A DNA stretch of 63,697 nucleotides, the filler included, from Octopus bimaculoides (lineage: Eukaryota): assembly GCF_001194135.2 (NCBI RefSeq). It is 3 parts of 3 records of this genome, joined end to end, with 100 filler letters (N's around TTAATTAATTAA, not from the genome) between each part and the next. Parts side by side here need not be neighbours in the genome. Positions count along the whole stretch, not along the records: positions 1 to 29,289 come from NC_068981.1; positions 29,390 to 59,399 come from NC_068985.1; 1 more part is not named here. One strand, 5' to 3'. This document shows positions 27,701-39,099 of this stretch, one piece after another. The notes under the pieces were generated by a model. The model was not told where the DNA came from. It was given only the letters and a program-made list of their open reading frames with translations, and searched no databases. The translations under genes and the position numbers were made by a program. Every line of letters starts with the position of its first letter. Position 1 is the first letter of the stretch.

Positions 27701-27852
27701 GGCATATGGCCTAGTGGTTAATAGCGCGGGCTACTAAACCCAATGGAGGGTATATTAACCGAATCGTTGTGTTAACAACAAACAAGATGAGGACAAATAT
27801 CCGTCAAATGTAAATAATGTACATAATTCCTCAGCTCTTAAATATAGAACTG
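27701..27852 (+). mobile_element. Third copy of the tRNA/hammerhead SINE, with an internal deletion
   Basis: Full 5' head GGCATATGGCCTAGTGGTTAATAGCGCGGGCTACTAAACCCAA is joined directly to TGGAGGGTATATTAACCGAATCGTTGTGTTAACAACAAACAAGATGAGG. The B-box, AAT run and the CTGATGA half of the hammerhead are deleted. Confidence 0.8.
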
Positions 27853-29114
27853 AACTGAAGAAGAAAATTAAAACCAGTGACAACTGAAAAGATCCTTTTC
27901 TTTTTATCATGATTGTTGCTCGTGGTGACAATTTATGAGACACTGTGGGATATCTCTTTATACTTGGTTTCAGGAACAGTTAGGTCGTATTCTTTTCAGG
28001 AGAAGTGGCATTAGATTTGCTGGACGATAGGATAGGATTGAATTATTTACGCGCAACTTCTGCATCAACAATTCTTTTGAGGGAAAAATATTTTGTCATC
28101 TTGGAAAATTAGACTAAATATTACGAAGCAGAATTTTGTAGATAGAATTTCGAAAAGGGCATATAGCCCATTCCGTACTGAAAATGGGAAGACGAATATT
28201 TCCGCAGAAGTCCTATAATATACGAAAAATAACAATAATAAATACATAAATAACGTAAGTTTAGATCGCACAGACAAATGTAAAGGAGAAGAAAAAAAGT
28301 CATTAAAAAAAATAGAAATAAGAAATGAAAATATTGTTATGGTTTTCAACAATGAGAGCAGCTCCGTCAAGTTTGAGAAAAGAAGACGACTGCTTCCTGA
28401 GTACACCAAAGTTTCTGTAATTGTGGCCCACCCAACTATTTTGTCGCCAACAAATAGCTGAAAGAAAATGAACGATGTAGTGTCAGAATATGCAAAGATG
28501 ACTAAGTTTTACGTCTGCCTAGCCCTTTGTTGAATGTAAAACAATATCCAAACGAAACGTCGGGAGATATTGCAAAGGGATATAGATATAAAATAACTCA
28601 AAAATAACTGCGTTAGCTTCTCTGAAGTTTGAAATGAGAGACAACAGTATCTCTAACGAACGATGAAGGAAACGTCTGTTTACTCAAGAAAGGGTGTATG
28701 TCTGAGTTGAGCTTATAAATCGAAGAATCAAAGAAATGAAAGGCAATGAAAAGAAAAAAAGATAGCTACAACGCATATGCAGATATATCTACCATTTGAT
28801 AGATTGGAAAGAATAATACACTTTAATGTTTCTGCATATATCTGGACAGCAAGATATAACAAAACTTAAGAATTCATAGATATGAAATTTTAAACACATT
28901 TTGACACTTCCTCAGTTTCATTATATAAAGATAATATTCTTTCACTAAACTTTTATAAATATCCTGTTTAAAATATTTATCCACCTATCATATTTGATAT
29001 ATTGTTGTAAAATAGTTTAATTTCTAAAGATACATTCTTTTACAGCTGATATATATTTCAATCATTTTACATCTTTATAATTATACTTATCGGAAGTCCG
29101 GATGTATTAAGACA

Positions 29115-29162
<48 letters not shown>

Positions 29163-29596
29163 ATGTATGTATATGTATATAGAAAATAAACTTTTCAAAA
29201 GAGTTTCATTTCAATCAATATGAATAAACATACATACATACATACATACATATTTACGTACACCCACACATATATTTGCATGTATATATNNNNNNNNNNN
29301 NNNNNNNNNNNNNNNNNNNNNNNNNNNNNNNNNTTAATTAATTAANNNNNNNNNNNNNNNNNNNNNNNNNNNNNNNNNNNNNNNNNNNNGGTTTTACTCA
29401 AAGAAATTGACCCCAGTACTTATTTTTTGTAAGCCTAGTACTCATTCTGTCAGTCTCTTTTAGCGAACCGCTGAGTTACGGGGACATAAACACATCAGCA
29501 TCAGTTGTCAAGAAATGCAAGAAATGGCAGGGGGACAAACACAGACACACTCACACATAAATCCCTTTGTTATGTATGTATATATATATATATATA

Positions 29597-29752
29597 GCAT
29601 GGGCTTCTTTCAGTTTCCATCTACCAAATCCACTCACAAGGCTTTGGTTGGCCCAAAGCTATATTAGAAGACACTTGCCCAAGGTACCATGTAGTGCGAC
29701 TGAACCCGGAACCATGTGGTTGGAAAGCAAGCTTCTTACCACACAGCCATGC
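29597..29752 (-). mobile_element. tRNA-derived SINE, family 'TGGCTGTGTGGTAAGAAGCTTGC'
   Basis: Multiple homologous copies in the window (also about 32135-32820 +, 34420-34750 -, 36200-36520 -, 56810-56960 +, 59220-59350 +). Confidence 0.75.
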
Positions 29753-30527
29753 CTGCATCTATGGGGAACCTTGCATTCTCAGCCTTGTTCAGAGGAATAG
29801 AGATAGTTGTAGTGATGCTAGATGAAGTAAGAGTATGTTGTTGAGTGAACCATTGCTAATCAGTCTAATGGCTTTCTGTTGCATGCAATCTAGAATGTGT
29901 GCATCTGTGTCTGTGCATGCGTGCATGCATGCTTGTTTAATTTCACCAACTCATTAAAGGGACCAATCCAGTTGTGGGGCAGACTTAACCCATCATCTTG
30001 TTTAACACCACTACCAGGTTTATTCAGTGTTTTTATTGAGAACATTTTCTCATCACCACACCAACCTGAAAAGAAAAATCCTAGAAGCTGACATTTCTTC
30101 TTTAATATCAAATGTTTTTTTTTTTTTTAATTAAAATAAAATGTCAGAAGAAAAAACATTCATTTCCGGTAGGATTTGAAACTAAAAAATGTTGAAGGAG
30201 CTAATCAAATACCAACATTCTACTAGTTCAAACAATTTGTCTAGCAATGTCATTGTGTTGCTGTTTAACCTCAGTTCAGCTCTGATCAAGTAGACCTATG
30301 GTCAAAAGACATGTCTATCCTTTCCTTTTTCCTTTTTTTTTTTTTTTCGGATTCCTCTCTTTCCTGAGATGGTACACTATGATAAGACCAAGATTTGGCT
30401 GTTATTTCTAGTAGGTCCTTTGTGGCTCATATGCCACAGTGTCATGCTGTTCTCTCAAAGAGACAAGATACCAGGTGGTAACTGAGAAAGAAAATAGACA
30501 CAAGATAACACAATGATGATAAATGAT

Positions 30528-30533
30528 TTTATT
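30528..30533 (-). terminator. Candidate polyadenylation signal (AATAAA) of POLB
   Basis: AATAAA on the minus strand about 200 nt past the stop codon, followed by a GT/T-rich downstream element (TTGTGTTATCTTGTGTCTATTTT). Confidence 0.55.
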
Positions 30534-30733
30534 AGATGCAATCAATCAATCGATTAATTAATAAATAATTAAATAAATAGAATGAAAATTTCATTGGTTA
30601 TATATTCGAGTCACACAATCAGTTATTGGTGGATTGATAACAATTCATAATAACTGATTGTAATAACTAACTCCATTAATAGAAATCAGTAATTAATGAA
30701 ATGATCGTGTACAAAATAAATCCTTACAGTGAC

Positions 30734-31744
30734 TTATAAATTACGCTCTGACGGTTTCTTGAATGTCATTCCAATATAATCAAAGATATCTTCTTCAGAA
30801 GTCACAGGCAGAGATTCACCTGGAATTCCTGTACTCCCCATTGGCCGAATGCAGTATTCATTAAGTGTAAACCCATTTTCCAAAGCACGACCTCGCATGT
30901 CTTTATTAAACATATCACTGCCAGTGAAATAAAGTAGCGCACAATAATACTGGTCATGAGGGATCAAACGGAGATCAAATCTTCGGAAATGTCGCTTGAT
31001 TTCTTTGTCGTCCTCTGGAAGCCGACATACCCCCATAAACTTCGAGTCCCCCATAGAGATAGTGTCAGTTACCAAACCTTTATCAGTGAGATGTTTTACC
31101 ACTGCCTTCAGCAACTCAGGTTTCTTCTTATCTGTAGCAACGTAATCCGGATGTGTTAACAAAACATCAATATCTCCAGAAGAAGCAGCCCCTCTTCGGT
31201 AACTTCCACAAACTTTAGCTGTGTATCTGGAGTCGACTTTTTGGATTCCTGCCAATATTTTGTCTCGTAAACTGGTTAGTTCTTCACGAGGAATTCTCAG
31301 TTCAAAGTCTTCAAAATATTTCACACCAATTTTCTGATGATGGTTTAGCTTATCAGTGATCTTCCTGAGGTCTTCGATATCTTTTATGCCATCTTTGGCA
31401 AAGTTTGCTGCCGCTGCTGGACCTATTCCAGATACTTTGGTCAACTCATTGATTGCCATATTGGTGTCATCAGCTCTGATTTTATTCAGCTTCTCAAGTT
31501 GCCCTGTACGAATGAATTCATCAATTTTTTTAGCAATTTTATCTCCAATACCATTCAGTCTCTTCGCTTCTTCTCCATTCTTAATCCTCGTAGGATGTTT
31601 AGCAAGAAGACCAGCAGCTTTTCGATAAACATTGTACTTGTGCATGGCACGTGTAACATTCTTCTCATAATTGGCAAGCTCCATCAGAAAGTCACAGAAA
31701 TCTGAATTCAGGTTCTCGGTATTAGGATTTTTACGTTTGCTCAT
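30734..31744 (-). CDS. POLB: DNA polymerase beta (family X), single-exon CDS, 336 aa
   Basis: Uninterrupted ORF collinear with vertebrate POLB: N-terminal [27 protein letters not shown], Hh[13 protein letters not shown] (lyase Lys72 equivalent), SGIGP, GSYRRG..SGDIDVL (Asp190/192), RRFDLRL (Asp256), [13 protein letters not shown] (Tyr271, Phe272, Asn279, Arg283). Confidence 0.98.
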   Translation of the reverse strand: MSKRKNPNTENLNSDFCDFLMELANYEKNVTRAMHKYNVYRKAAGLLAKHPTRIKNGEEAKRLNGIGDKIAKKIDEFIRTGQLEKLNKIRADDTNMAINELTKVSGIGPAAAANFAKDGIKDIEDLRKITDKLNHHQKIGVKYFEDFELRIPREELTSLRDKILAGIQKVDSRYTAKVCGSYRRGAASSGDIDVLLTHPDYVATDKKKPELLKAVVKHLTDKGLVTDTISMGDSKFMGVCRLPEDDKEIKRHFRRFDLRLIPHDQYYCALLYFTGSDMFNKDMRGRALENGFTLNEYCIRPMGSTGIPGESLPVTSEEDIFDYIGMTFKKPSERNL

Positions 31745-31757
31745 TCTGACTCAATAT

Positions 31758-31775
31758 CTGAAAAAAAAAAAAAAA
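31758..31775 (-). promoter_or_regulatory. Splice acceptor of a 5'-UTR intron, 13 nt upstream of the POLB ATG
   Basis: Minus strand reads ..TATTTTTTTTTTTTTTCAG|ATATTGAGTCAGAATG; the AG is at 31759-31758. Confidence 0.75.
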
Positions 31776-32427
31776 TAATAATAATAATAATAATAATAAT
31801 ATCAAATAATATTAATAATAATAATTGTTAGATTTTACTCATATTTTTCAAATAAAGGTTACAAATGCATTAAGTTGTTCAACTGACTCAGTGCTTTTCA
31901 AACTTTTTAAACTACTATCCCTTTTCCTTTTATAACAATTTTTGAATGCCCTTTTCTACCACAACAATACAGCAACATTAAATAAACCTCATGTATGCAT
32001 GCTTATATATTCACATGCAAGTTAGGGCATTATCTAACTCTATATGTGCAGTGGTCATCTTCATTGCATGTATGGAAACGTTAACCTATTTTAACAATGT
32101 CTTTCAGACAATACTTTTGTTCATTGTTTCAGGCTTGGCTGTGCGGTAAGAAGCTTGCTTCCCAGCCACATGGTTCCAGGTTCAGTCCTACTGCATGGCA
32201 CCTTGGGCAAGTGTCTTCTAGTACAGCCTTGTGCTGACCAATGCCTCGTGAGTAGATTTGGTAAACAGAAACTGAAAGAAGCTCATCATATATACCTCTG
32301 TGTGTGTGTGTGTGTGTATGTGTCTTTGAGTCTTTGAGTCTTTGTGCCCCCACCATTGCTTGACAGCCAATGTTGGTATGTTTATGTCCCCATAACTTAG
32401 CAGTTCAGCAAAATAGACTGATAGAAT

Positions 32428-32721
32428 GGTACACAGACAGGATGCAGTTTTGCCAAAAGACACGAAGCCAAAGCCAAGAATCCGAATGGACAAGATGCCA
32501 AAAAGACATATGAAAATTAAAATATATGATAATCATTTTATTCTTACAATATGACCATTTGACAGACTAAAATGGTTATTAAACTATGAAGGTAGGAATG
32601 TTTTTTTTTTATTATTGTGTCCGTTCGGCTTTTTGTCCATTCAGCATTGTGTCTGTTCAGCTTCTTGGCTTTGGTTTCTTGTACTTCGGCAAAAGTGCAT
32701 TTGGCCTCCTGTCTGCACATG
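32428..32721. mobile_element. Foldback MITE inserted into a SINE
   Basis: Imperfect long inverted arms (CAGACAGG..TTTTGCC..CCAAAGCCAAGAA.. / ..TTCTTGGCTTTGG..GGCAAAA..CCTGTCTG). Degenerate 8-bp TSD GATAGAAT/AATAGAAC; the host SINE resumes afterwards. Confidence 0.55.
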
Positions 32722-33579
32722 AATAGAACAAGTATTAGGCTTACAAAGAATAGGTCCTGAAATTGATTTGTTTGACTAAAACCCTTTAAGGCAGTGCTCC
32801 AGCATGGCTGCAGTCAAATAACTGAAACAAGTAAAAGAATAAACACAATATATATAACTAATAGCCTCTAAGTTTTCAACAATATATAAAACTATGTTGA
32901 AGGCACATGACCTATTGGTTAGAGTGTTGAACTGAAGATCATTATATCATGGGTTCAATTCTTGGACAAGGTGATGTATTGTGTCCTAGAACAAGGCACT
33001 TCATTTCACACTGCTCCGGTATCCTCAACTGAAAATGAGTAGTCGTGGAATTTGGAGCTAACTCTGCAATGGACTGGTGTTCTGTTCAGTTGAGAACCTT
33101 GTATTCTCAGCCTATACATCTTGAGAAATCTAAATAAGCTCTGGCCTCATGAGCCTACAAACTTGAGATAGACAGTTACCTTCCATTCTTTCCATAAAAA
33201 ACAATATTATCATCATCATTTCTGTCACTGTTGTTACCATCATCATCATTTTAATGTCTACTTTTCCATGCCTGCATGGATCAGATGAGAGCATATTGAA
33301 GCAGTATTTTCTATGGCCAGATGTCCTTCCTGTTGTCAATCCCCACCTGTTTCCAAGTGAGGTAATAATTTCCCAACTGTTAAGCAACAAACAACTTGAA
33401 TATGTTCGTGTAGAGAACCAGAAATGAACGGCACAATAATGACCAGGTCTTTTGCTTACAAAGATCGCGGACAACACTTCCAGACATGTGAAGAAGCTTG
33501 AATATGCTTTTTTGGTAGAGTGATGGACTGCAAGTCAATGACACTGTGAATGAAGCCATTGTTTACTATCAGTGACTGA

Positions 33580-33930
33580 ACATGCATGTAGACAGAACAA
33601 AAAACAAAGACCCTCTTTGGTCATGAATGACCATGAGATTGCACCTAGAAAGTTACCCTCCGGGACACAAGTCCAGGCAAGATTGTTAATGGAAGACCAG
33701 CAGTTGCCCATGCATACCAGCCTCCCCTCTCTATGCCACCGATATTATCCAAGGGAAAGGCAAAGACCGATACAGCTTGACACCAGTGACGTCACAACTC
33801 ATTTCTGTAGCTGAGTGAACTGAAGCAACGTGAAATAAAGTGTCTTGCTCAAGAACACATCACACAGCCCAGTCTGGAAATCAAACTCACTACCTCATGA
33901 TTGTGAGCCTGACGCTCTAACCATTGAGCC
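33580..33930 (-). mobile_element. tRNA-derived SINE, family '..TTGAGCAAGACACTTTATTTCAC..'
   Basis: Homologous copies at about 35815-36105 (+), 36700-37030 (-) and 32900-33060 (+, partial), with a tRNA-like head TGGCTCAGTGGTTAGAG..GAGTTTGATTCCC. Confidence 0.75.
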
Positions 33931-34018
33931 ATATGGGAAATATAAACTCAATCACCTACACACACATATATAGTTTTCTTTTGGCTTCTATCAACCAAAT
34001 CAACTTATGAGGCTTTAA

Positions 34019-34234
34019 CCGTTTAGCATTCAGATTACTCTATCAAATATAATGCTTATTTATTCATATTGATTTGAATTAGTTATGCATGACCTTGTAG
34101 CTGTGAGATTTCAATAACATGGTTGTTTAGTTTTAGAATAATATTATAAGGTGTGAGAGGCTGGATTTGGCCAGTCTGAAGATAAAACAGGTTGAATATT
34201 TTGGCTGGATGTCGCAGGTTTAAATGCTAAAGGG
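34019..34234. mobile_element. piggyBac-type MITE (216 bp)
   Basis: TTAA at 34015-18 and 34235-38; termini CC(G)TTTAGCATT / AATGCTAAAGGG. Confidence 0.8.
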
Positions 34235-34397
34235 TTAAGCCTTTGGATGACCCAGGGATAAATTAGAAGACATTTGCCCAAGTTGCCAAGTAGTGAGATT
34301 GATGTATCAAATGATATTCACAACAAAATAGCAAAGATACTATTAAAAATATATAAAAACAAAACTTTGCCAATCCTTAAAGAAACACATCATGGTT

Positions 34398-34428
<31 letters not shown>

Positions 34429-35279
34429 ATGGGCTTCTTTCAGTTTCCATCTACCAAATTTACTCGCAAGGTTTTGGTCGGCCCAAGGCTATAGTTGAAG
34501 ACACTTGCCCAAGAAAAAACAATGGAACCATTGAAAGATTTGAACAACTGAAAAGTATAGGTGTTCAGTTGTGACAGTGTGAGCAGAAGATTCCTTCCCA
34601 ACCACATGGTTCAGGGTTCAACCCCACTTTGTGGTGCACCTTGGGTAATTGTCTTCTACTACAGTCTTGGGCTGACTGAAGCCTGCTGAGTGGATTTGGT
34701 AGACAGAAACTGAAAGAAGCCTGCCGTGTGTGTGTGTGTGTGTGTGTGTGCATGTGTGGTTGTGTGTGTCTTTGTATCTGTTTTTGTCCCCCCCCCCCAG
34801 CAATGCTTGACAACTAGTGCTGGTGTGTTTATCTCTCCATAACATAGCAGTTCAACAAAGAGTCTGAGAGAATGAGCACCAGGCTTAACAAAAAAATAAG
34901 TACTGGGATTAATTCATTCAACTAAAAATTCGTCAAGGCAATGCCCCAGCATGGCCACAGTCTAATGACTGAAACATGTAAAAGACGAAAGATTTCTTTA
35001 TTTTTTATATATTTTTTACTTGTTTTAGTCATTCTTGGGCATCAGCCTGGAATGGTTTTAGCCAAACAAATTGACCCCATATATATGCTAATTTTCTTTT
35101 TCTTTTACTTGTTAGTCATTAGACTGTGGCCATGCTGGGGCACCACCTTGAGAGATTTTCACCAAAGAAATCAACCCAGTACTTTTATTGTTTTCTATCA
35201 GTCCATATATATATATATATGGACTGACAGAAGAAGACCCATCAAACTGAGCAAAATTGCAGTCATGGCTGATACTGGC

Positions 35280-35480
35280 ATCACACAAATGTCATCCATG
35301 CCGGTGGCACATAAGAACACCCATTACGCTCTTGGAGTGTTTGGTGTTAGGAAGGGCATCCAGTTGGAGAAAACCATGCCAAATTAGACTGGAGCCTAGC
35401 GCAGCCTTTCAGTGTGCCAGCCCAATCAAACCGTCCAACCCATGCCAGCATGGACAATGGATGTTAAATGATGAAGATGA
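35280..35480 (+). mobile_element. RTE-3'-related short repeat ending in (GAT)n
   Basis: Matches the 3' end of the RTE element at 41190-41420. Further copies at about 33230-33360 (-), 41000-41170 (+), 46780-47090 (-), 49440-49635 (+), 58240-58620 (-). Confidence 0.7.
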
Positions 35481-37349
35481 TAATATATATATGTGTATAT
35501 ATATATATATATATNNNNNNNNNNNNNNNNNNNNNNNNNNNNNNNNNNNNNNNNNNNNNNNNNNNNNNNNNNNNNNNNNNNNNNNNNNNNNNNNNNNNNN
35601 NNNNNNNNNNNNNNNNNNNNNNNNNNNNNNNNNNNNNNNNNNNNNNNNNNNNNNNNNTATATATAACGTCTGATTCTTATTCTTTTGGTCTCTTTTGTGA
35701 AACAGCTAAGTTATGGGGACATAAACAAACTGAAACCAGTTTTCAAACAGTGGTGGAGGATAAACACAGACATATACATGCATGTGTGCATGTGTGTGCG
35801 TGTGTGTGTGAAGGAGCATGGCTCAGTGGTTAGAGTGTCAGGCTCACAATCACAAGCTAGTGAGTTTGATTCCCAGACTACGGTGTGTGTTGTGTTCTTG
35901 AGCAAGACACTTTATTTCACATTGTTCCAGTTCACTCAGCTGTAGAAATGAGTTGTGACATCACTGGTGCCAAGCTGTATCGGCCTTTGCCTTTCCTCTT
36001 TGGGGTAGTGTGGAGAGAGGAGGCTGGTATGCATGGGAGACTGCTAGTCTTCCATAAACAATCTTACCTGGACTTATGACTCAGAAGGGAATTTTTTAGA
36101 TGCAATCCCTTCACACACACACGCACACACACACACACACACACATACATACAGAGAGAAAGAGAGAAACAGAGCAAGGGAGAGAGTGAGAGAGAAACAA
36201 ACTTCCACAACATTTCCATCAATCAAATTCACTCACCAGGTAGTGGTTGGTTGGCCCAGGATTATAGAATAAAAATGCACAATAGGACTGGATCCAAAAT
36301 CATGTGGCTGTGATATAATCAGATATGACTTTGAAGAAGGTACTTTTGCCTGTACAATGGCAACAGTCATTTCCAATCATCACATGATATTGAGGGTTTG
36401 TTTCAGTTTTTGTTTTCCAGGTCCACTCACTATGCCTTGATGAACCAGGGACTATAGCTGCCAGCACTTGTAATCATGCGGCTGGAAAGCGAACTTCTTA
36501 ACCACACATGACTGGCCTACATTGATTATACTGGAGTTTAAGATCCAAAAAGATAATTTTCAAAATGAAAATTATGTGGGTTGATTACTTTGCACATACC
36601 AAAATATGCATTATTAAAAAAGTTTGTTTCCTTTTGGGGTAAGAATTAAGGGGTTTGAATTAGGGATTAAGTTTAAATCTAAGATTTAAGGGGGATAGGG
36701 TTGGCAACAACCCCCTTCAGTCATGAACAATCATGGGATTGCACCCAGAAAGTTCTCCTCCGAGGCACAAGTCCGGGCAAGGTTGTTTATGGAAGACCAG
36801 CAGTTGCCCATGCATACCAGCCTCCCCTCTCCATGCTACTGATATTATCCAAGGGAAAGGCAATGGCTGATACAGCTTAGCACCAGTGACATTGCAAATC
36901 ATTCCTACAGCTGAGTTAACTGAAACAATGTGAAATAAAGTGTCTTGCTGAAGAACACAACACAGCCCAATTCAGGAATCAAACTCACTACCTCAAGATT
37001 GTGAACCCAACGCTCTAACCACTGAGCCATGCTAATTAGTGTTAGGGTTAATATGTCATTTTTTTATCTTTTACTTGTTTCAGTCATGACTGTGCCTTAA
37101 ATTCTCATCCTAAAAATGTTCCAACCATGATTATTCCATTTTTTTTTGTTTTGTTTAGTGTTCTCCCTACCCTCCGAGGACTTTGTTTCCTCGAAACTCT
37201 TAAAAATGCACATTTTTGCATGCAAAAGGAATCTGTTGCTTACTTTGCATCACACACACAGACACCACCTCCCCAGATAATATTGCTTTCAAATTTTAGC
37301 ATAAGGCTAGCAAGTTCAGAGGGGATAAGTCGATTATATCGACCCCAGT

Positions 37350-37675
37350 TACGTTATGTTGGCACTCCGTCGCGGGTTCCAGTTGATCCGATCAACGGAA
37401 CAACCTGCTCGTGAAATTAACGTGTAAGTGGCTGACACGAGTACCCTTATCCAGTGACAGGGCTGACCCTTTGAATTACAGGCACAACAGAAACAGGAGA
37501 GAGAGAAAGTTGTGGTGAATGAGTACAGCAGGGTTCGCCATCATCCCCTGCCGGAGCCTCGTGGAGCTTTAGGTGTTTTCACTCAATAAACACTCACAAC
37601 GCCCGGTCTGGGAATCGAAACCGCGAGCCTATGACCGCGAGTCCGCTGCCCTAACCACTGGGCCATTGCGCCTCC
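37350..37675 (-). mobile_element. Young tRNA-derived SINE nested in an older SINE, with an exact 13-bp TSD
   Basis: TSD TATCGACCCCAGT at 37337-37349 and 37676-37688. CpG-rich head GGAGGCGCAATGGCCCAGTGGTTAGGGCAGCGG..TTTCGATTCCC. The uninterrupted host family is seen at about 59670-59825. Confidence 0.85.
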
Positions 37676-38400
37676 TATCGACCCCAGTGCTCAACATTAT
37701 CGACCTCGAAAGGATGATAGACAAAGTCGACCTAGGCAGCATTTGAACTCAGGACGTGAAGGTGAACAAAATGCCGGTAAGCATCTTGACCGGCGTGCTA
37801 TTGATTCTGCCATCCTCAACACTCACGCCATAATATTAATAGTACTGTAAAACAAGTATATGTATGTACGTATGTATGAGTGTGTGTGTGTGTGTATTTC
37901 GCCCCTTGAATTATTTTATAACTTCTGCCGATTAAATAAAATATATAGACCTATAGTCAGATTTTGAATTTCTTTTTCTTTTTTATCAAACCCAGAAATA
38001 TATATACTGAAAAAAAAAAGGAAGACCCGTTTCGATGCGAAACCAATAGATAAAACCGGCTAAAATGGATCTATAAAAATAATAATTATACATTTAGGAT
38101 CACTGTACCGTATTTTTACAGATATATTGAACATTTAGATGTGCAACCAGAAGAAAAAGAAAAACGTGTTTAATACGAGTAAAAAACTATAGTAGAAATC
38201 TTCGATCGGTGGGCAGTGTTTATATTTTGCTCCCTTGACGTGTTCTAATAGCAGTAGAATCCGTGGAAGGGTTGCGATTAATTCAAATGTAAAAATAATA
38301 ATTTCACTGCGACTATGTGTGTATAGAGAAATCGGTCTTTAATTATTTACGACTGTTGTATAATTAATTAATAATAATATGCGTAAAAGTCTTTTTTTTT

Positions 38401-38480
38401 ACTTACCTAATTTTCGATAAAGTTTGAAAAAAAATCGTCAATATTGACTCGACAACACAACAATGTAAACGGTTTAGACC
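38401..38480 (-). promoter_or_regulatory. Candidate non-coding first exon and donor site for POLB
   Basis: Consensus donor TTAG|GTAAGT (exon end 38407, intron start 38406) inside a locally CpG-containing, non-repeat segment. The link to POLB is inference. Confidence 0.35.
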
Positions 38481-39099
38481 TATGACATTCTGTTATTTTT
38501 TATTTGATAATTGATTAAACGCAGAAACTCTTGGTACAAAAGCGTGTAAAAATATGAATAATTAAAGGAAATGTTATCAAAATGAAAAAAAAGGTAAAAA
38601 TTAAATTTTAATCAAATGAGAAATGAAAGAGTGAATTCTCGTTTGTTTATTTCTTTGGATATATACATAGATGTAGATCAGATAGAAAACGAGGTGAAAT
38701 GTTAAAAGAAAAATAATTCGGCAGCCATATTAGGAAAGTAAATTGATATGGAGTATGTTAAAAAACATGTACACACACATGTATATGTGTTCGTGTGTAC
38801 GTTTCTCCTGTAAGTTTATAAACAAACACACACATACACACATGAAAGTAACAGAAAGTCTTAACACAATTAAGAATAGAATCCATTTAAATTAGATGTT
38901 GTTCAGATTTTTTACCAAGATGGGTTACAACAGCATAGGAGATGCTCTTTTCATATCAAAACAATTGTAAGAGGTTTGCTATGCTAGAGAAAGCTTCTCT
39001 ACCTAGCATTTTCTATCTGTAAAAGGTCTATATTTGACAAAATACAACAATCTAAAGTTTATAGGTCACTAAGAAAACCAGTGTATGAATTGCATGTGT

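Noticed and set aside
29334-29345. TTAATTAATTAA island inside N runs (identical at 59444-59455)
   Set aside because: An identical 12-mer centred in similarly structured gaps, with stops in all frames; a scaffolding spacer rather than biology.
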